Part shown: piece by piece, positions 18,906 through 29,161 of the stretch
Layout: each line of letters begins with the position of its first letter
Numbering within the stretch: position 1 is the first letter of the stretch
Assembly (NCBI GenBank): GCA_050298595.1
Contig: JBNKUM010000075.1
Span: forward strand, 1-64,000
DNA length: 64,000 nucleotides
Direction: 5' to 3'
Origin: Gammaproteobacteria bacterium
GTDB lineage: Bacteria > Pseudomonadota > Gammaproteobacteria > GCA-001735895
Made by a program: the position numbers and the translations under genes
Notes under the pieces: model-generated
What the model was told of the DNA's origin: nothing
Database searches by the model: none
Seen by the model: the letters and a program-made list of their open reading frames with translations, nothing else

Positions 18906-19977
18906 GCTAATAAAACGCCAATCTCCATCGAAGACGATGCTGTACCTGTCGCCGCTGCTTGCGCTGTTGCTTTCATTGTTGGCGGGAGTGGTGTTATTCA
19001 TCATTATGGGCGTGTCTCCGCTGGCAGCCTTGCATGCTTTCTTTATCGAGCCGATTTCCAGTGTTTATGGGATTAGTGAATTAGGGGTCAAAGCTACACC
19101 GCTGATACTGATAGGGGTTGCTTTATCCATGGGTTTTAAGGCAGGGGTATGGAATATCGGTGCTGAAGGTCAGTTGATCATGGGTGGCCTATGTGGTGGT
19201 GCAGTAGCGCTGTATTTTTACGAACAGGATGGTTTTTATATCATTCCACTGATGTTGATTGCAGGGATTTTGGGCGGCATGCTGTGGGCAGCCATAGTCG
19301 CATTTTTACGGGTTAAATTTAACGCCAATGAAATCCTCACCAGCCTGATGTTGAGTTACGTCGCAGGACTGTTTTTGAACCTGATGGTGCATGGGCCGTT
19401 GATCGATCCAGAGGGCTTTAATTTTCCACAATCGCGCATGTTTAGTGATTCCGCATTACTGCCGGTGCTGTTTGAAGGCACCCGTTTGCATATTGGGTTC
19501 CTGTTCGCGCTGCTGGTTGTGCTGCTTGGCTGGGTATTAATTTCACATACCCTGCTCGGTTATCAGATCAAGGTGTCTGGCTCAGCGCCAGCGGCTGGCG
19601 AACACGCCGGTTTTAGTTCGTCGCGTATCATCTGGATTACCCTGTTACTCGGTGGTGGGGTGTCTGGGCTTGCCGGGGTAATTGAAGTGTCTGGTCCAAT
19701 CGGTCAGTTGTTGCCGAATATTTCACCAGGGTATGGTTTTACCGCGATTATTGTCGCTTATGTAGGGAGGCTGCATCCTGTTGGTGTGCTGTTTGCCGGA
19801 TTGCTGCTGGCTTTAACCTATCTGGGCGGTGAAACCGCACAAATCCAGCTTAACCTGCCGGTGGCGGTCACCGGTGTATTCCAGGGCTTGCTGTTATTTT
19901 TCCTGCTTGCCTGTGATGTGTTGATCCATTACCGAGTCAGTTTCAACAAGTCCTTGCTGTTGGTGGAGAAAAGCTGA
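18895..19977 (+). CDS. ABC transporter permease
   Basis: WNIGAEGQ, NEILTSLML and GYGFTAIIVA motifs; start moved to ATG 18895. Confidence 0.93.
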   Translation: MLPRLIKRQSPSKTMLYLSPLLALLLSLLAGVVLFIIMGVSPLAALHAFFIEPISSVYGISELGVKATPLILIGVALSMGFKAGVWNIGAEGQLIMGGLCGGAVALYFYEQDGFYIIPLMLIAGILGGMLWAAIVAFLRVKFNANEILTSLMLSYVAGLFLNLMVHGPLIDPEGFNFPQSRMFSDSALLPVLFEGTRLHIGFLFALLVVLLGWVLISHTLLGYQIKVSGSAPAAGEHAGFSSSRIIWITLLLGGGVSGLAGVIEVSGPIGQLLPNISPGYGFTAIIVAYVGRLHPVGVLFAGLLLALTYLGGETAQIQLNLPVAVTGVFQGLLLFFLLACDVLIHYRVSFNKSLLLVEKS

Positions 19978-20897
19978 TGGAGTTATTTATCCCTGCAATT
20001 TTAACAATTATCACTGCTGCGACCCCTTTATTGTTTGCCGCGTTGGGCGAAATGGTCACTGAAAAATCCGGGGTGCTCAATCTGGGGGTTGAAGGCATGA
20101 TGATTATGGGTGCTATCATGGGATTTGTAGCGGTACATTTTTCCGGCAGCATTACCGTTGCCCTGCTGGCCAGTATACTGGCTGGTATGATAATGGCGTC
20201 TTTGTTTGCGTTACTGGTGTTAAAGTTTCATGCTAGTCAGGTGCCTACCGGCCTCGCACTGACCATATTTGGTATCGGTTTAAGTGCTCTTGTCGGACAG
20301 AGTATGATTGGTGTCGCCTACGAAGGTATGCCCAAGGTTTCAATTCCATTGCTATCTTCGATTCCGGTGATCGGTGAGATATTTTTCCAGCATGATATTC
20401 TGGTCTACCTGTCGATAGTGATGGTGTTTGCTATTTCTTATTTTCTAAGTCGCACGCGCGCGGGATTGATCTTGCGAGCGGTAGGGGATTCTCATGATGC
20501 AGCGCATGCTATGGGTTATTCGGTGGTCAGGATTCGGTTTTTTGCAATTCTGTTCGGTGGTGCGATGGCGGGGTTGGGTGGCGCCTATTTATCGCTATCC
20601 TATTCACCATTATGGGTCGAACAAATGACTTCCGGGCGTGGCTGGATCGCTTTGGCACTGGTTGTATTTGCCACCTGGCGCCCAATGCGAGTGCTGCTGG
20701 GGGCTTATTTGTTTGGTGGCATTTCAATTTTGCAATTACATGCACAGGCTCTGGGCATTGCGGTGCCATCACAGGTGATGTCTATGCTACCTTATCTGGC
20801 AACTATCGTGGTGCTGGTGGTTATCTCCAGTGATCTTGCCAAAATTAAACTGAATGCTCCTGCTAGTTTGGGCAGAGCATTTCATCCTAGTCGTTAA
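19977..20897 (+). CDS. ABC transporter permease
   Basis: EKSGVLNLGVEG, LRAVG and GRGWIALALV motifs. Confidence 0.93.
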   Translation: MELFIPAILTIITAATPLLFAALGEMVTEKSGVLNLGVEGMMIMGAIMGFVAVHFSGSITVALLASILAGMIMASLFALLVLKFHASQVPTGLALTIFGIGLSALVGQSMIGVAYEGMPKVSIPLLSSIPVIGEIFFQHDILVYLSIVMVFAISYFLSRTRAGLILRAVGDSHDAAHAMGYSVVRIRFFAILFGGAMAGLGGAYLSLSYSPLWVEQMTSGRGWIALALVVFATWRPMRVLLGAYLFGGISILQLHAQALGIAVPSQVMSMLPYLATIVVLVVISSDLAKIKLNAPASLGRAFHPSR

Positions 20898-20935
20898 ATC
20901 TTCAATCAATGTTTAAGTTAAAAGCGGAGAGCAAC

Positions 20936-21997
20936 ATGTTAATAAATAAAATATTTGCAGCAATTTTAGGCGCTGGTCTGGCGTTTAGTGGTCAGGCGGT
21001 GGCCGAAACCAAAGTGGGTTTCGTTTATGTGGGTCCGGTAGGCGACTACGGCTATAGTTACCAGCATGACCAGGGCCGACTGGCACTTGAGAAGGCACTG
21101 GATGTGAAAACTACCTATGTTGAATCAGTGGCAGAAGGCGCGGATGCCGAGCGTGTGATTCGCCAGCTGGCGAGCAGTGGCAATGACATCATTTTTACCA
21201 CTTCATTTGGTTATATGAATCCCACAGTGAAAGTCGCAAAAATGTTTAAGAAGGTAAAGTTTGAACATGCGACCGGTTACAAGCGTGCATCCAATGTAAG
21301 TACCTATTCCTCTCGTTTTTATGAAGGCCGGGCGGTTCTGGGGACTATTGCGGGCAAGATGACAAAAACCAATGTGGTGGGGTATATCGGTTCATTCCCG
21401 ATCCCTGAAGTAATCCGTGGTATCGACGCCTTCACTCTGGCCTTGCGTAAGGTGAATCCGAAGGCAACGGTTAAGGTCGTGTGGGTAAATTCCTGGTATG
21501 ACCCTGGCAAGGAAGGTGATGCAGCCAAGACACTGATCGATCAGGGCGCTGATATCATCACCCAACATACCGATTCACCTGCACCTTTGCAGGTGGCGGA
21601 AAAACGAGGTGTGTATGGATTTGGTCAGGCTTCAGATATGAGATCCTTCGCGCCAAAAGCTCAACTGACTTCTATTGTCGATAACTGGGGTGATTACTAT
21701 ATTTCGCGGGTAAAAGCAGTAATGGATGGTAGCTGGAAATCACAGGATACCTGGGGTGGCATCAAGTCCGGTATGGTTGAGATAGCGCCTTATGGCGATG
21801 CGGTACCTGCAGATGTGCGTAAGCTTGCAGATGAGGTTAAGCAATCGATTGCTGATGGTAGTTTTCATCCCTTCCAGGGACCAATCAAGAATCAGCAAGG
21901 TAAGCTGGTGGTCAAGGAAGGCGAAGTGATTCCTGATAAGGAACTGGCTGGCCTGAACTGGTATGTAGAAGGCGTAGAAGGCTCCATACCCAAATAA
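20936..21997 (+). CDS. BMP-family ABC substrate-binding protein (purine/nucleoside)
   Basis: Signal peptide; GFVYVGPVGDYG, FTTSFGY and QHTDS motifs; SD ggag before ATG 20936. Confidence 0.93.
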   Translation: MLINKIFAAILGAGLAFSGQAVAETKVGFVYVGPVGDYGYSYQHDQGRLALEKALDVKTTYVESVAEGADAERVIRQLASSGNDIIFTTSFGYMNPTVKVAKMFKKVKFEHATGYKRASNVSTYSSRFYEGRAVLGTIAGKMTKTNVVGYIGSFPIPEVIRGIDAFTLALRKVNPKATVKVVWVNSWYDPGKEGDAAKTLIDQGADIITQHTDSPAPLQVAEKRGVYGFGQASDMRSFAPKAQLTSIVDNWGDYYISRVKAVMDGSWKSQDTWGGIKSGMVEIAPYGDAVPADVRKLADEVKQSIADGSFHPFQGPIKNQQGKLVVKEGEVIPDKELAGLNWYVEGVEGSIPK

Positions 21998-22285
21998 CTG
22001 TCCAGCGCATCCATCTTTTGTCCCGGAGCGGCGTTATTTCTGTTCTCGAAAGGTCACATAGGATTTCTATGCTCCCTTTCTGCGAGCAGAAATGCCTTGC
22101 TCCAGGACAAAACCTGAACACGCTGAACAGTTATTAACTAATCTGACTTTTGTGAGTACCTGTCTCAGTTTACTGAGTAAAGAGTTCTGGTCTCACTTGA
22201 ATCACCAATTTAAGACTTTGAATTGTAACAATCCTTCAATGTTAGCCACGAAGGCTTGCAGTCAACAAAACTATTTGAATAAGCG

Positions 22286-23305
22286 ATGAATATAGACAAC
22301 TTTATTGCAGCATTACCTAAGGCCGAATTGCACTTGCATATCGAGGGTACCTTTGAGCCTGAGCTGATGTTTCAGCTGGCTAAGCGCAATGGCATTACCC
22401 TGCCGTATGAAAGTGTTGAAGCCCTGCACGCGGCCTATGACTTTAGCCAGTTACAGGATTTTCTGGATATCTATTACCAGGGTATGAGTGTGCTGCGTAG
22501 CGAACAGGATTTCTTTGACCTGACCTGGGCCTATCTGGAAAAGGTCAATCAGCAGGCGGTACGCCATGTGGAAATATTCTTTGATCCACAGGGGCATGTA
22601 GATAGAGGGATTGCTTTTGAAACCGTCCTCAATGGTATTCATTCAGCATTGCAGCAGGGGCAGCAGCAATTCGGTATCAGCTTTGCTGTAATCATGTGTT
22701 TTCTGCGCCATCTGGATCAGGATGATGCTTTTAAAACGCTGGAAATGGCTCTGCCACATAAAGATAAGATTATCGGTGTAGGCCTGGATTCTTCGGAAAA
22801 GGGTAACCCTCCATCACGTTTTGAACAGGTTTTTGCCAAAGCCCGTGCAGAAGGGTTTCATGTGGTAGCGCATGCAGGTGAAGAAGGTCCACCGGCTTAT
22901 ATCTACGAAGCTCTAGATCTGCTCAAAGTACAGCGTATCGATCACGGTAATAGCGCTATGCAGGATCCAGCACTGATCGAACGTCTGGTTGCTGAACAGA
23001 TGCCGTTAACCGTTTGCCCTTTGTCGAATACCAAGCTCTGTGTGGTCGATGATATGAAGAATCATCCTCTGCCGCAGATGCTGCAAGCGGGATTGATGGC
23101 GATGATTAATTCTGATGATCCGGCGTATTTCGGTGGCTATCTGAATGCAAATTATCAGGCAGTGAGCGAGATTTTAAATAATGACATCGAATTGCTGGCG
23201 CGCCTGGCACGTAATAGCTTTAATGCGGCATTCATCAAGTCCGAAGATAAGGCCCGCCTGGTGGCAGAAGTCGATGCCTATGTTGCTGACTACAGGGCTC
23301 AGTAG
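22286..23305 (+). CDS. add: Adenine/adenosine deaminase
   Basis: [27 protein letters not shown] and NSDDPAYF motifs. Confidence 0.93.
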   Translation: MNIDNFIAALPKAELHLHIEGTFEPELMFQLAKRNGITLPYESVEALHAAYDFSQLQDFLDIYYQGMSVLRSEQDFFDLTWAYLEKVNQQAVRHVEIFFDPQGHVDRGIAFETVLNGIHSALQQGQQQFGISFAVIMCFLRHLDQDDAFKTLEMALPHKDKIIGVGLDSSEKGNPPSRFEQVFAKARAEGFHVVAHAGEEGPPAYIYEALDLLKVQRIDHGNSAMQDPALIERLVAEQMPLTVCPLSNTKLCVVDDMKNHPLPQMLQAGLMAMINSDDPAYFGGYLNANYQAVSEILNNDIELLARLARNSFNAAFIKSEDKARLVAEVDAYVADYRAQ

Positions 23306-23383
23306 AGTTACCGATAAGCCTTTATCTATTGGCAGAGAATTTATGCAGAGTATTGTTTTTATTAACCGTTCAGGAAGGCTTTG

Positions 23384-24580
23384 ATGGAAAGCTATTTACT
23401 GGACTGGGCTAATCTACTCATACGCTGGTTACACCTGATTACCGGTATCGCCTGGATAGGTGGTTCGTTTTATTTTGTTATGCTGGACCTTTCGCTGAGA
23501 ACGCCAAAATCCTCGCTGGATAGTGATCGAGGTGTGACTGGTGAATTATGGGCGGTACACGGTGGCGGGGTTTATCACAGTGAAAAATTCCTCTCTGGCC
23601 CCAAAAAAGAACCCTTGTCGAAGCATCTGCACTGGTCCAAGTGGGAAGCCTATACCACCTGGATGTCGGGCATAGGGATGATGGCAGTGGTTTACTGGTT
23701 GGGAGCCAGGAGCTACCTTATCGATAAAGCTGTGATGGATCTGACGGTCATGCAGGCCGTAGGTATTAGTGTCGCGAGTCTGGTCGTAAGTTGGATTGTT
23801 TACGATGTGTTATGTCGTTTGCTTGGTAAGCGTGAGAATATTCTGGCGGCAATCCTGCTGGTTTATATCGTGTTCTGTGGTTATCTTCTATTTCATGTGT
23901 TCAGCGCACGCGCAGCCTTTTTGCATGTAGGAGCAATTATGGGGACCATAATGGCGGCGAATGTGTTCTTCCATATCATTCCGGGGCAGAAGAAGATGGT
24001 CGCAGAAATTCGCGATGGCCTGACGCCCAATCCTCGCTATGGCATCATCGGCAAACAGCGTTCTGTACATAACACCTATTTCACCTTGCCGGTGCTGTTC
24101 CTGATGATTAGTAATCATTATCCCATGACCTATAGCCATGAATATGGCTGGATAGTGATGTCACTGATTTTAATGGCCGGTGTTTTGATTCGACAGTTTT
24201 TTGTACTACGCCATAGCGGGCGTGGCAATGTGATACTGCCTCTGATAGCGATAGCCCTGTTAGCAGCAGTGATTGTGTGGCTGAGGCCAGTCCCTGTCGA
24301 TTTATCCAAAGTGGGTAAGGTGAGTTATGTCGATGTGAAAGCGATTTTTCAAACGCGTTGCATTGCCTGCCACTCGATGACACCAACACAACCTGGTTTC
24401 GTGCAACCACCCAAAGGGGTTTTGTTGCAAACCGATGAACAGATTATGCAGAATAAATTAAAGATTCAGGAAACTGTCGGTAATCGCTATATGCCTATCG
24501 GTAATTTAACCGGTATGACCGATGCTGAACGCGAAAAGATAGCCGCCTGGTTTGCCTCAGGGGCTGTCCAGGAATATTAG
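23384..24580 (+). CDS. puuD: Membrane urate hydroxylase with C-terminal cytochrome c
   Basis: RWLHLITGIAWIG, VHGGG, RSVHNTY and SNHYP motifs; heme-binding CIACH. Confidence 0.93.
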   Translation: MESYLLDWANLLIRWLHLITGIAWIGGSFYFVMLDLSLRTPKSSLDSDRGVTGELWAVHGGGVYHSEKFLSGPKKEPLSKHLHWSKWEAYTTWMSGIGMMAVVYWLGARSYLIDKAVMDLTVMQAVGISVASLVVSWIVYDVLCRLLGKRENILAAILLVYIVFCGYLLFHVFSARAAFLHVGAIMGTIMAANVFFHIIPGQKKMVAEIRDGLTPNPRYGIIGKQRSVHNTYFTLPVLFLMISNHYPMTYSHEYGWIVMSLILMAGVLIRQFFVLRHSGRGNVILPLIAIALLAAVIVWLRPVPVDLSKVGKVSYVDVKAIFQTRCIACHSMTPTQPGFVQPPKGVLLQTDEQIMQNKLKIQETVGNRYMPIGNLTGMTDAEREKIAAWFASGAVQEY

Positions 24581-25876
24581 ATGAAAGCTTTTAGAGCACG
24601 TATTGTAGATTTTATTGACGACCCTCTGTTAAGCGATCAGGCCTGGCGTTATTTTGAGGATGGCCTGCTGATTGTTGATCAGGGTAAGGTGCAGGGCTGT
24701 GGTGACTATCAGGAATTGAAAGCCAGCTTAAACGAAGAAACAGAAATCATCGACTATAGTGGCTATCTGATCATGCCGGGCTTTATCGATAGCCATGTGC
24801 ATTATCCGCAAACCGATATCATCGCTAGTCATGGTACTCAGCTGCTTGACTGGCTGGAACGTTATACCTTTCCTACCGAGAATAAATTCTCAGATATTGT
24901 CGTCGCACAGGATACCGCTGATTTCTTTATCCAGCAGTTGTTACGTAATGGCACCACCACGGCGATGGTTTTTGCCACCATCCATACTCAGTCGGTGGAC
25001 GCTATCTTTCAGGCTGCCGAGCAGCAGCAGATGTGTCTGATCTCGGGCAAGGTGATGATGGATAGGAATGCACCGGATTATTTATGCGACGATGTGCAAT
25101 CCAGTTATGATGATTCGCATGCGCTGATTGAAAAATGGCATCATCATAACCGTCTTCACTATGCAGTGACGCCACGATTCGCACCCACCTCAACGGAAGA
25201 TCAGTTACGCGTAGCTCAGCAACTGGTGAATGAAGTTCCCGATGTTTATCTGCAATCGCATGTGGCTGAAAATCTGGGTGAGGTGGAATGGGTGAAAAAA
25301 CTGTTTCCCTGGAGTCGCAGTTATCTGGATGTATACGATCACTTCGGTCTGCTGGGTGACCGTTCGGTTTATGCGCATTGTATCCATCTGGATGATGCTG
25401 ATAGGGGCTGTATGGCGCATTCGGGAGCGACGGTTTCGTTTTGCCCTACCTCCAATCTTTTCCTGGGCAGTGGCCTGTTCGATATGCAATCGGCACTGGA
25501 GCATAAGTTACCGATATCACTAGGCAGTGATGTGGGTGGTGGTACCAGTTTTAGTTTATTGCACACCCTGAATGAAGCCTATAAGGTGTGCCAGATGGCA
25601 GGCTATAACCTGTCGCCTATGCAAGCTTATTACCTGCTGACTCTTGGCGCTGCACGGGCGCTATATCTTGAACAGAGTCTGGGTAATTTTGATCAGGGTA
25701 AGGATGCCGATTTTGTGGTGATCGATTTGAATGCCACAGCGTTAATGCAACGCCGCATGAGTCATGCAGAAAGCCTTGAGGATGAGCTTTTTGCACTGAT
25801 GATGATGGGCGATGATCGTAATATCCTGGCGACGCATATTCTCGGTGAATGCCGCTATCACAGGGATTCACAATGA
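24581..25876 (+). CDS. guaD: Guanine deaminase
   Basis: PGFIDSHVHYPQ, TPRFA, HVAEN and GSDVGGG motifs. Confidence 0.95.
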   Translation: MKAFRARIVDFIDDPLLSDQAWRYFEDGLLIVDQGKVQGCGDYQELKASLNEETEIIDYSGYLIMPGFIDSHVHYPQTDIIASHGTQLLDWLERYTFPTENKFSDIVVAQDTADFFIQQLLRNGTTTAMVFATIHTQSVDAIFQAAEQQQMCLISGKVMMDRNAPDYLCDDVQSSYDDSHALIEKWHHHNRLHYAVTPRFAPTSTEDQLRVAQQLVNEVPDVYLQSHVAENLGEVEWVKKLFPWSRSYLDVYDHFGLLGDRSVYAHCIHLDDADRGCMAHSGATVSFCPTSNLFLGSGLFDMQSALEHKLPISLGSDVGGGTSFSLLHTLNEAYKVCQMAGYNLSPMQAYYLLTLGAARALYLEQSLGNFDQGKDADFVVIDLNATALMQRRMSHAESLEDELFALMMMGDDRNILATHILGECRYHRDSQ

Positions 25877-27276
25877 GTTACTTATTGATCGAACAGGCTG
25901 AGGTGCTGGTCACCATGAATGCCGTGCGCGATGAGATTGCGCAGGGTTCGATACTAATTAAGGATAATGAAATTATCCATATCGATGATCACTCAGCTAT
26001 GCAGAGCTACCTGCAGCAACAGCAGATTACAGCAGATGAAGTGATCAACGCGGCAGGTTGTGTCGTTATGCCGGGGTTGGTGAATTGCCACCATCATCTG
26101 TATCAAACGCTAACGCGTACGCTAGGCACTGCAGCGGGCCTGTCATTATTCGACTGGCTGAAAACACTGTATCCAATCTGGGGCCAGATGGATGCGGAAT
26201 CGGTTTATGTGAGCGCCAAACTGGGGCTGGTAGAATTAATCCTGTCAGGTGCGACTACGGTGGCAGATCATCTGTATCTGTTTCCCAATGGATCGCGACT
26301 GGATGATGAAATTGCAGCAGCCGCCGAATTAGGCGTCAGATTTCATCCCACCCGAGGCAGTATGAGTCTGGGTGAGAGTAAGGGTGGTCTGCCACCGGAT
26401 AGTATTTGCGATAGCGAAGAGTATATTCTTAAGGATAGTCAGCGTGTGATAGAGACCTTTCACGATACGGAGAAATTCTCTATGTGCCGTGTAGGGCTAG
26501 CACCTTGTTCACCATTCAGTGTTACCGCAGATTTAATACGCCAGAGTGCTGAAATGGCGCGTAGCTATCAAAAGGTTAACCTGCATACCCATCTGGCAGA
26601 AACCATAGATGAGAATCGATTCTGTCTGGACAGGTTTGGTATGCGACCTCTGGAGTATATGGATAGTCTGGGCTGGCTGGGTGATGATGTGTGGTTTGCG
26701 CATATGGTGCACCCGGATGATGACGAGATTGATACGCTGGCACATAGCTGTACCGGTGTGTGTCATTGCCCGAGTAGCAATATGATTCTGGCTTCAGGCA
26801 TAGCGCCAATTCGTCAAATGGTTGATAAAAAGGTGCGAGTGGGTCTTGGTGTCGATGGCTCTGCCAGTAACGATGGCAATCACCTGCTGGGCGAAGCGCG
26901 TCAGGCGATGTTGTTGCAGCGCGTGGGCTGGCCGGGCTTTGAATCCAATGCAGCACGCTTCTCGGCGCGTGAAGCGCTTGAGCTCGCCACATTGGGTGGT
27001 GCCAGAGTACTGCAGCGAAATGACATAGGCTCATTAGAGCAAGGCAAGGCGGCCGATTTTGTCGCTTTCCGCATCGATGATTTATATCATGCAGGCGGGC
27101 AAAGTGACCTGGTGGCATCATTGCTGACCTGCGCACCTGCATCGGTATGGCTGTCTGTGATCAACGGAAAAATTATAGTAAGAGATCATGAGTTATTGGG
27201 TGTGGATATAGAAGGCCTGGTTATTAAACACAATCAGTTAGCACATCGCCTGCTGCAAAAAGCCGACAAAGCTTAA
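25873..27276 (+). CDS. 8-oxoguanine deaminase-like amidohydrolase
   Basis: HHHLYQTLTR, RGSMSLG, APCSPFSV and LGVDGSASND motifs; ATGA overlap with guaD. Confidence 0.88.
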   Translation: MSYLLIEQAEVLVTMNAVRDEIAQGSILIKDNEIIHIDDHSAMQSYLQQQQITADEVINAAGCVVMPGLVNCHHHLYQTLTRTLGTAAGLSLFDWLKTLYPIWGQMDAESVYVSAKLGLVELILSGATTVADHLYLFPNGSRLDDEIAAAAELGVRFHPTRGSMSLGESKGGLPPDSICDSEEYILKDSQRVIETFHDTEKFSMCRVGLAPCSPFSVTADLIRQSAEMARSYQKVNLHTHLAETIDENRFCLDRFGMRPLEYMDSLGWLGDDVWFAHMVHPDDDEIDTLAHSCTGVCHCPSSNMILASGIAPIRQMVDKKVRVGLGVDGSASNDGNHLLGEARQAMLLQRVGWPGFESNAARFSAREALELATLGGARVLQRNDIGSLEQGKAADFVAFRIDDLYHAGGQSDLVASLLTCAPASVWLSVINGKIIVRDHELLGVDIEGLVIKHNQLAHRLLQKADKA

Positions 27277-27286
27277 CGAGAAAAAT

Positions 27287-28288
27287 ATGAGTAACAACGA
27301 AAAGACTGTACCCGATTTTGTCACGCGCGGAGTAGACCTGGGGCACCCCAGTCTGGGCACCGAAATTATTGAGTGTAGCGATGATTTTTTTGCCGATAGA
27401 AACCGTCTGTTAAACCCAGAGCCTCCACAATTCATCGAAGGTAAATACGATGATAATGGGAAGTGGATGGATGGCTGGGAAAGTCGCCGTCGGCGTAATG
27501 GTGGTCATGATTATGTGATTATTAAACTGGGCAGACCGGGGATTTTATTCGGGGTGAATATCGATACCACGCATTTTACCGGTAACTTTCCACCAGCCGC
27601 TTCGTTAGAAGGCACCTATTGTGAAACCGAGCTTGATGAACATACCGAGTGGGTGCCTCTTATAGCAATGACCGAATTACAGGGCAATAGCGAGCATCTG
27701 ATCGAAATAGACAATTACAGGGTCTGGACTCATGTGCGTTTTAATATATTCCCGGATGGTGGTGTTGCTCGTCTGAGATTATATGGACGAGTGTATTGTG
27801 ACTGGGATGAATGCGATCAGGATGCGTTGTATGATTTTGCGAATAGTTTAAATGGTGGCAGAGCCATTGCCTGGAATGATGCACATTTCGGCCATCCGGG
27901 AAATATGCTGAATGATGGTCCAGGCAGAAATATGGGTGACGGCTGGGAAACACGCCGCCGTCGTGAGCCAGGTTTTGACTGGTGCATTATCGAGCTAGGG
28001 CATCTTTCTCTGATAGATGAAATAATCGTGGATACCTCATTTTTTAAAGGCAACTATCCAGACAGGATTACCTTGCAGGCGACTCAGGCAATTAATAGTA
28101 CTCATCAGTCACTGATTACTCAAAGTATCTACTGGCAGGAATTAATGCCCTCACAGAAGCTGGAAATGGATTGTCTGAACCGGTTCAAGATTAATAATCC
28201 GGAGATTGGGGCGGTGAATTACATCCGCCTGAATATCTTTCCCGATGGTGGCATTAGCCGCTTTCGGGTAATGGGTAAGCTGGCTTGA
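27287..28288 (+). CDS. alc: Allantoicase
   Basis: Internal duplication: DGWESRRRR/DGWETRRRR and two IFPDGG motifs. Confidence 0.96.
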   Translation: MSNNEKTVPDFVTRGVDLGHPSLGTEIIECSDDFFADRNRLLNPEPPQFIEGKYDDNGKWMDGWESRRRRNGGHDYVIIKLGRPGILFGVNIDTTHFTGNFPPAASLEGTYCETELDEHTEWVPLIAMTELQGNSEHLIEIDNYRVWTHVRFNIFPDGGVARLRLYGRVYCDWDECDQDALYDFANSLNGGRAIAWNDAHFGHPGNMLNDGPGRNMGDGWETRRRREPGFDWCIIELGHLSLIDEIIVDTSFFKGNYPDRITLQATQAINSTHQSLITQSIYWQELMPSQKLEMDCLNRFKINNPEIGAVNYIRLNIFPDGGISRFRVMGKLA

Positions 28289-28809
28289 AAAGTCTGCAGA
28301 TTGCCCCACTGACCAGAGAAGCATTTGCTCCCTTTGGTGATGTGATTGAAATGGAGGGGCATCAATCTTCACCAATGAATTATGGAATGGCAGAGCGTTT
28401 TCATGCGCTGGCCGAGGTTGAGGCATTGGGTGATGATGCCAGGGCGATCATCAGTATGGTGAAAAGCTCGCAATATGCCTTACCGCATACAGTGGATATT
28501 ATGGAGCGACATCCACAGGGTAGTCAGGCGTTTGTTCCGCTAGACGAAACGCCCTTTATTGTTATTGTAGCGCCGCCTGATGATGAGCTGAATCCATCAG
28601 CAATACAGGCTTTCAGGAGCAATGGCAGACAGGGCGTAAATTACCATCGTGGCGTATGGCATTGCCCGTTATTAACACCCTTTGCGCAGATGAATTTTAT
28701 TCTGGTGGAACGTGCGGGCAGTGGCAATAACTGTGATGAGGTGAGGCTGGATACCGGGCAGCAATATCTGTTGGAACAGGTGGACCAGGGCCTGTTAACA
28801 GGTCCTTAG
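28285..28809 (+). CDS. allA: Ureidoglycolate lyase
   Basis: PLT.EAFAPFGDVI, MERHP.GSQAF and QGVNY.RGVWH motifs; TTG start overlapping the alc stop. Confidence 0.93.
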   Translation: MKSLQIAPLTREAFAPFGDVIEMEGHQSSPMNYGMAERFHALAEVEALGDDARAIISMVKSSQYALPHTVDIMERHPQGSQAFVPLDETPFIVIVAPPDDELNPSAIQAFRSNGRQGVNYHRGVWHCPLLTPFAQMNFILVERAGSGNNCDEVRLDTGQQYLLEQVDQGLLTGP

Positions 28810-28863
28810 CTTCAACAGGATGCCCGGTTATTAGATCTTGAAAGCCAGTCAAGAGAATGTCTT

Positions 28864-29018
28864 TGCGTCATTACGGTGCGGGCGACTTCTTTTGCCTTAA
28901 AATACGCACAATATTGGTGCATAAGTTGTTATTTCTCTGGTTCTTCTTGGGTCTTCCTGCCGACTACTTTAGTATTCGCAAATCCCTTTTTTTTGGGAAT
29001 CTTAGGTATGTTATTTGG
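28864..29018 (+). promoter_or_regulatory. NtrC-like sites and possible sigma54 promoter for glutamine synthetase
   Basis: tgcgtcattacggtgcg (28864-28880) and cgcacaatattggtgca (28905-28921) resemble TGCAC-N7-GTGCA; GG-N10-GG at 29005-29018 is an imperfect -24/-12 element. Confidence 0.55.
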
Positions 29019-29161
29019 GCCAGTTGTAGTGATTGATACAAATCCTCCGGCTGCAAGATTGTTGACTTGTCTACAAAGCTGAGTATCGATCTGCCCGTTT
29101 GTGATTCCATTTGGATAGGCTTAGGCCTGTAAACTGATCAACACGTTCGGAGATTTAAAAT

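Noticed and set aside
22092-22289. 65-aa ORF and small palindromes (ctcagtttactgag) before the deaminase gene
   Set aside because: No SD or family motif; palindromes are short and unrepeated.
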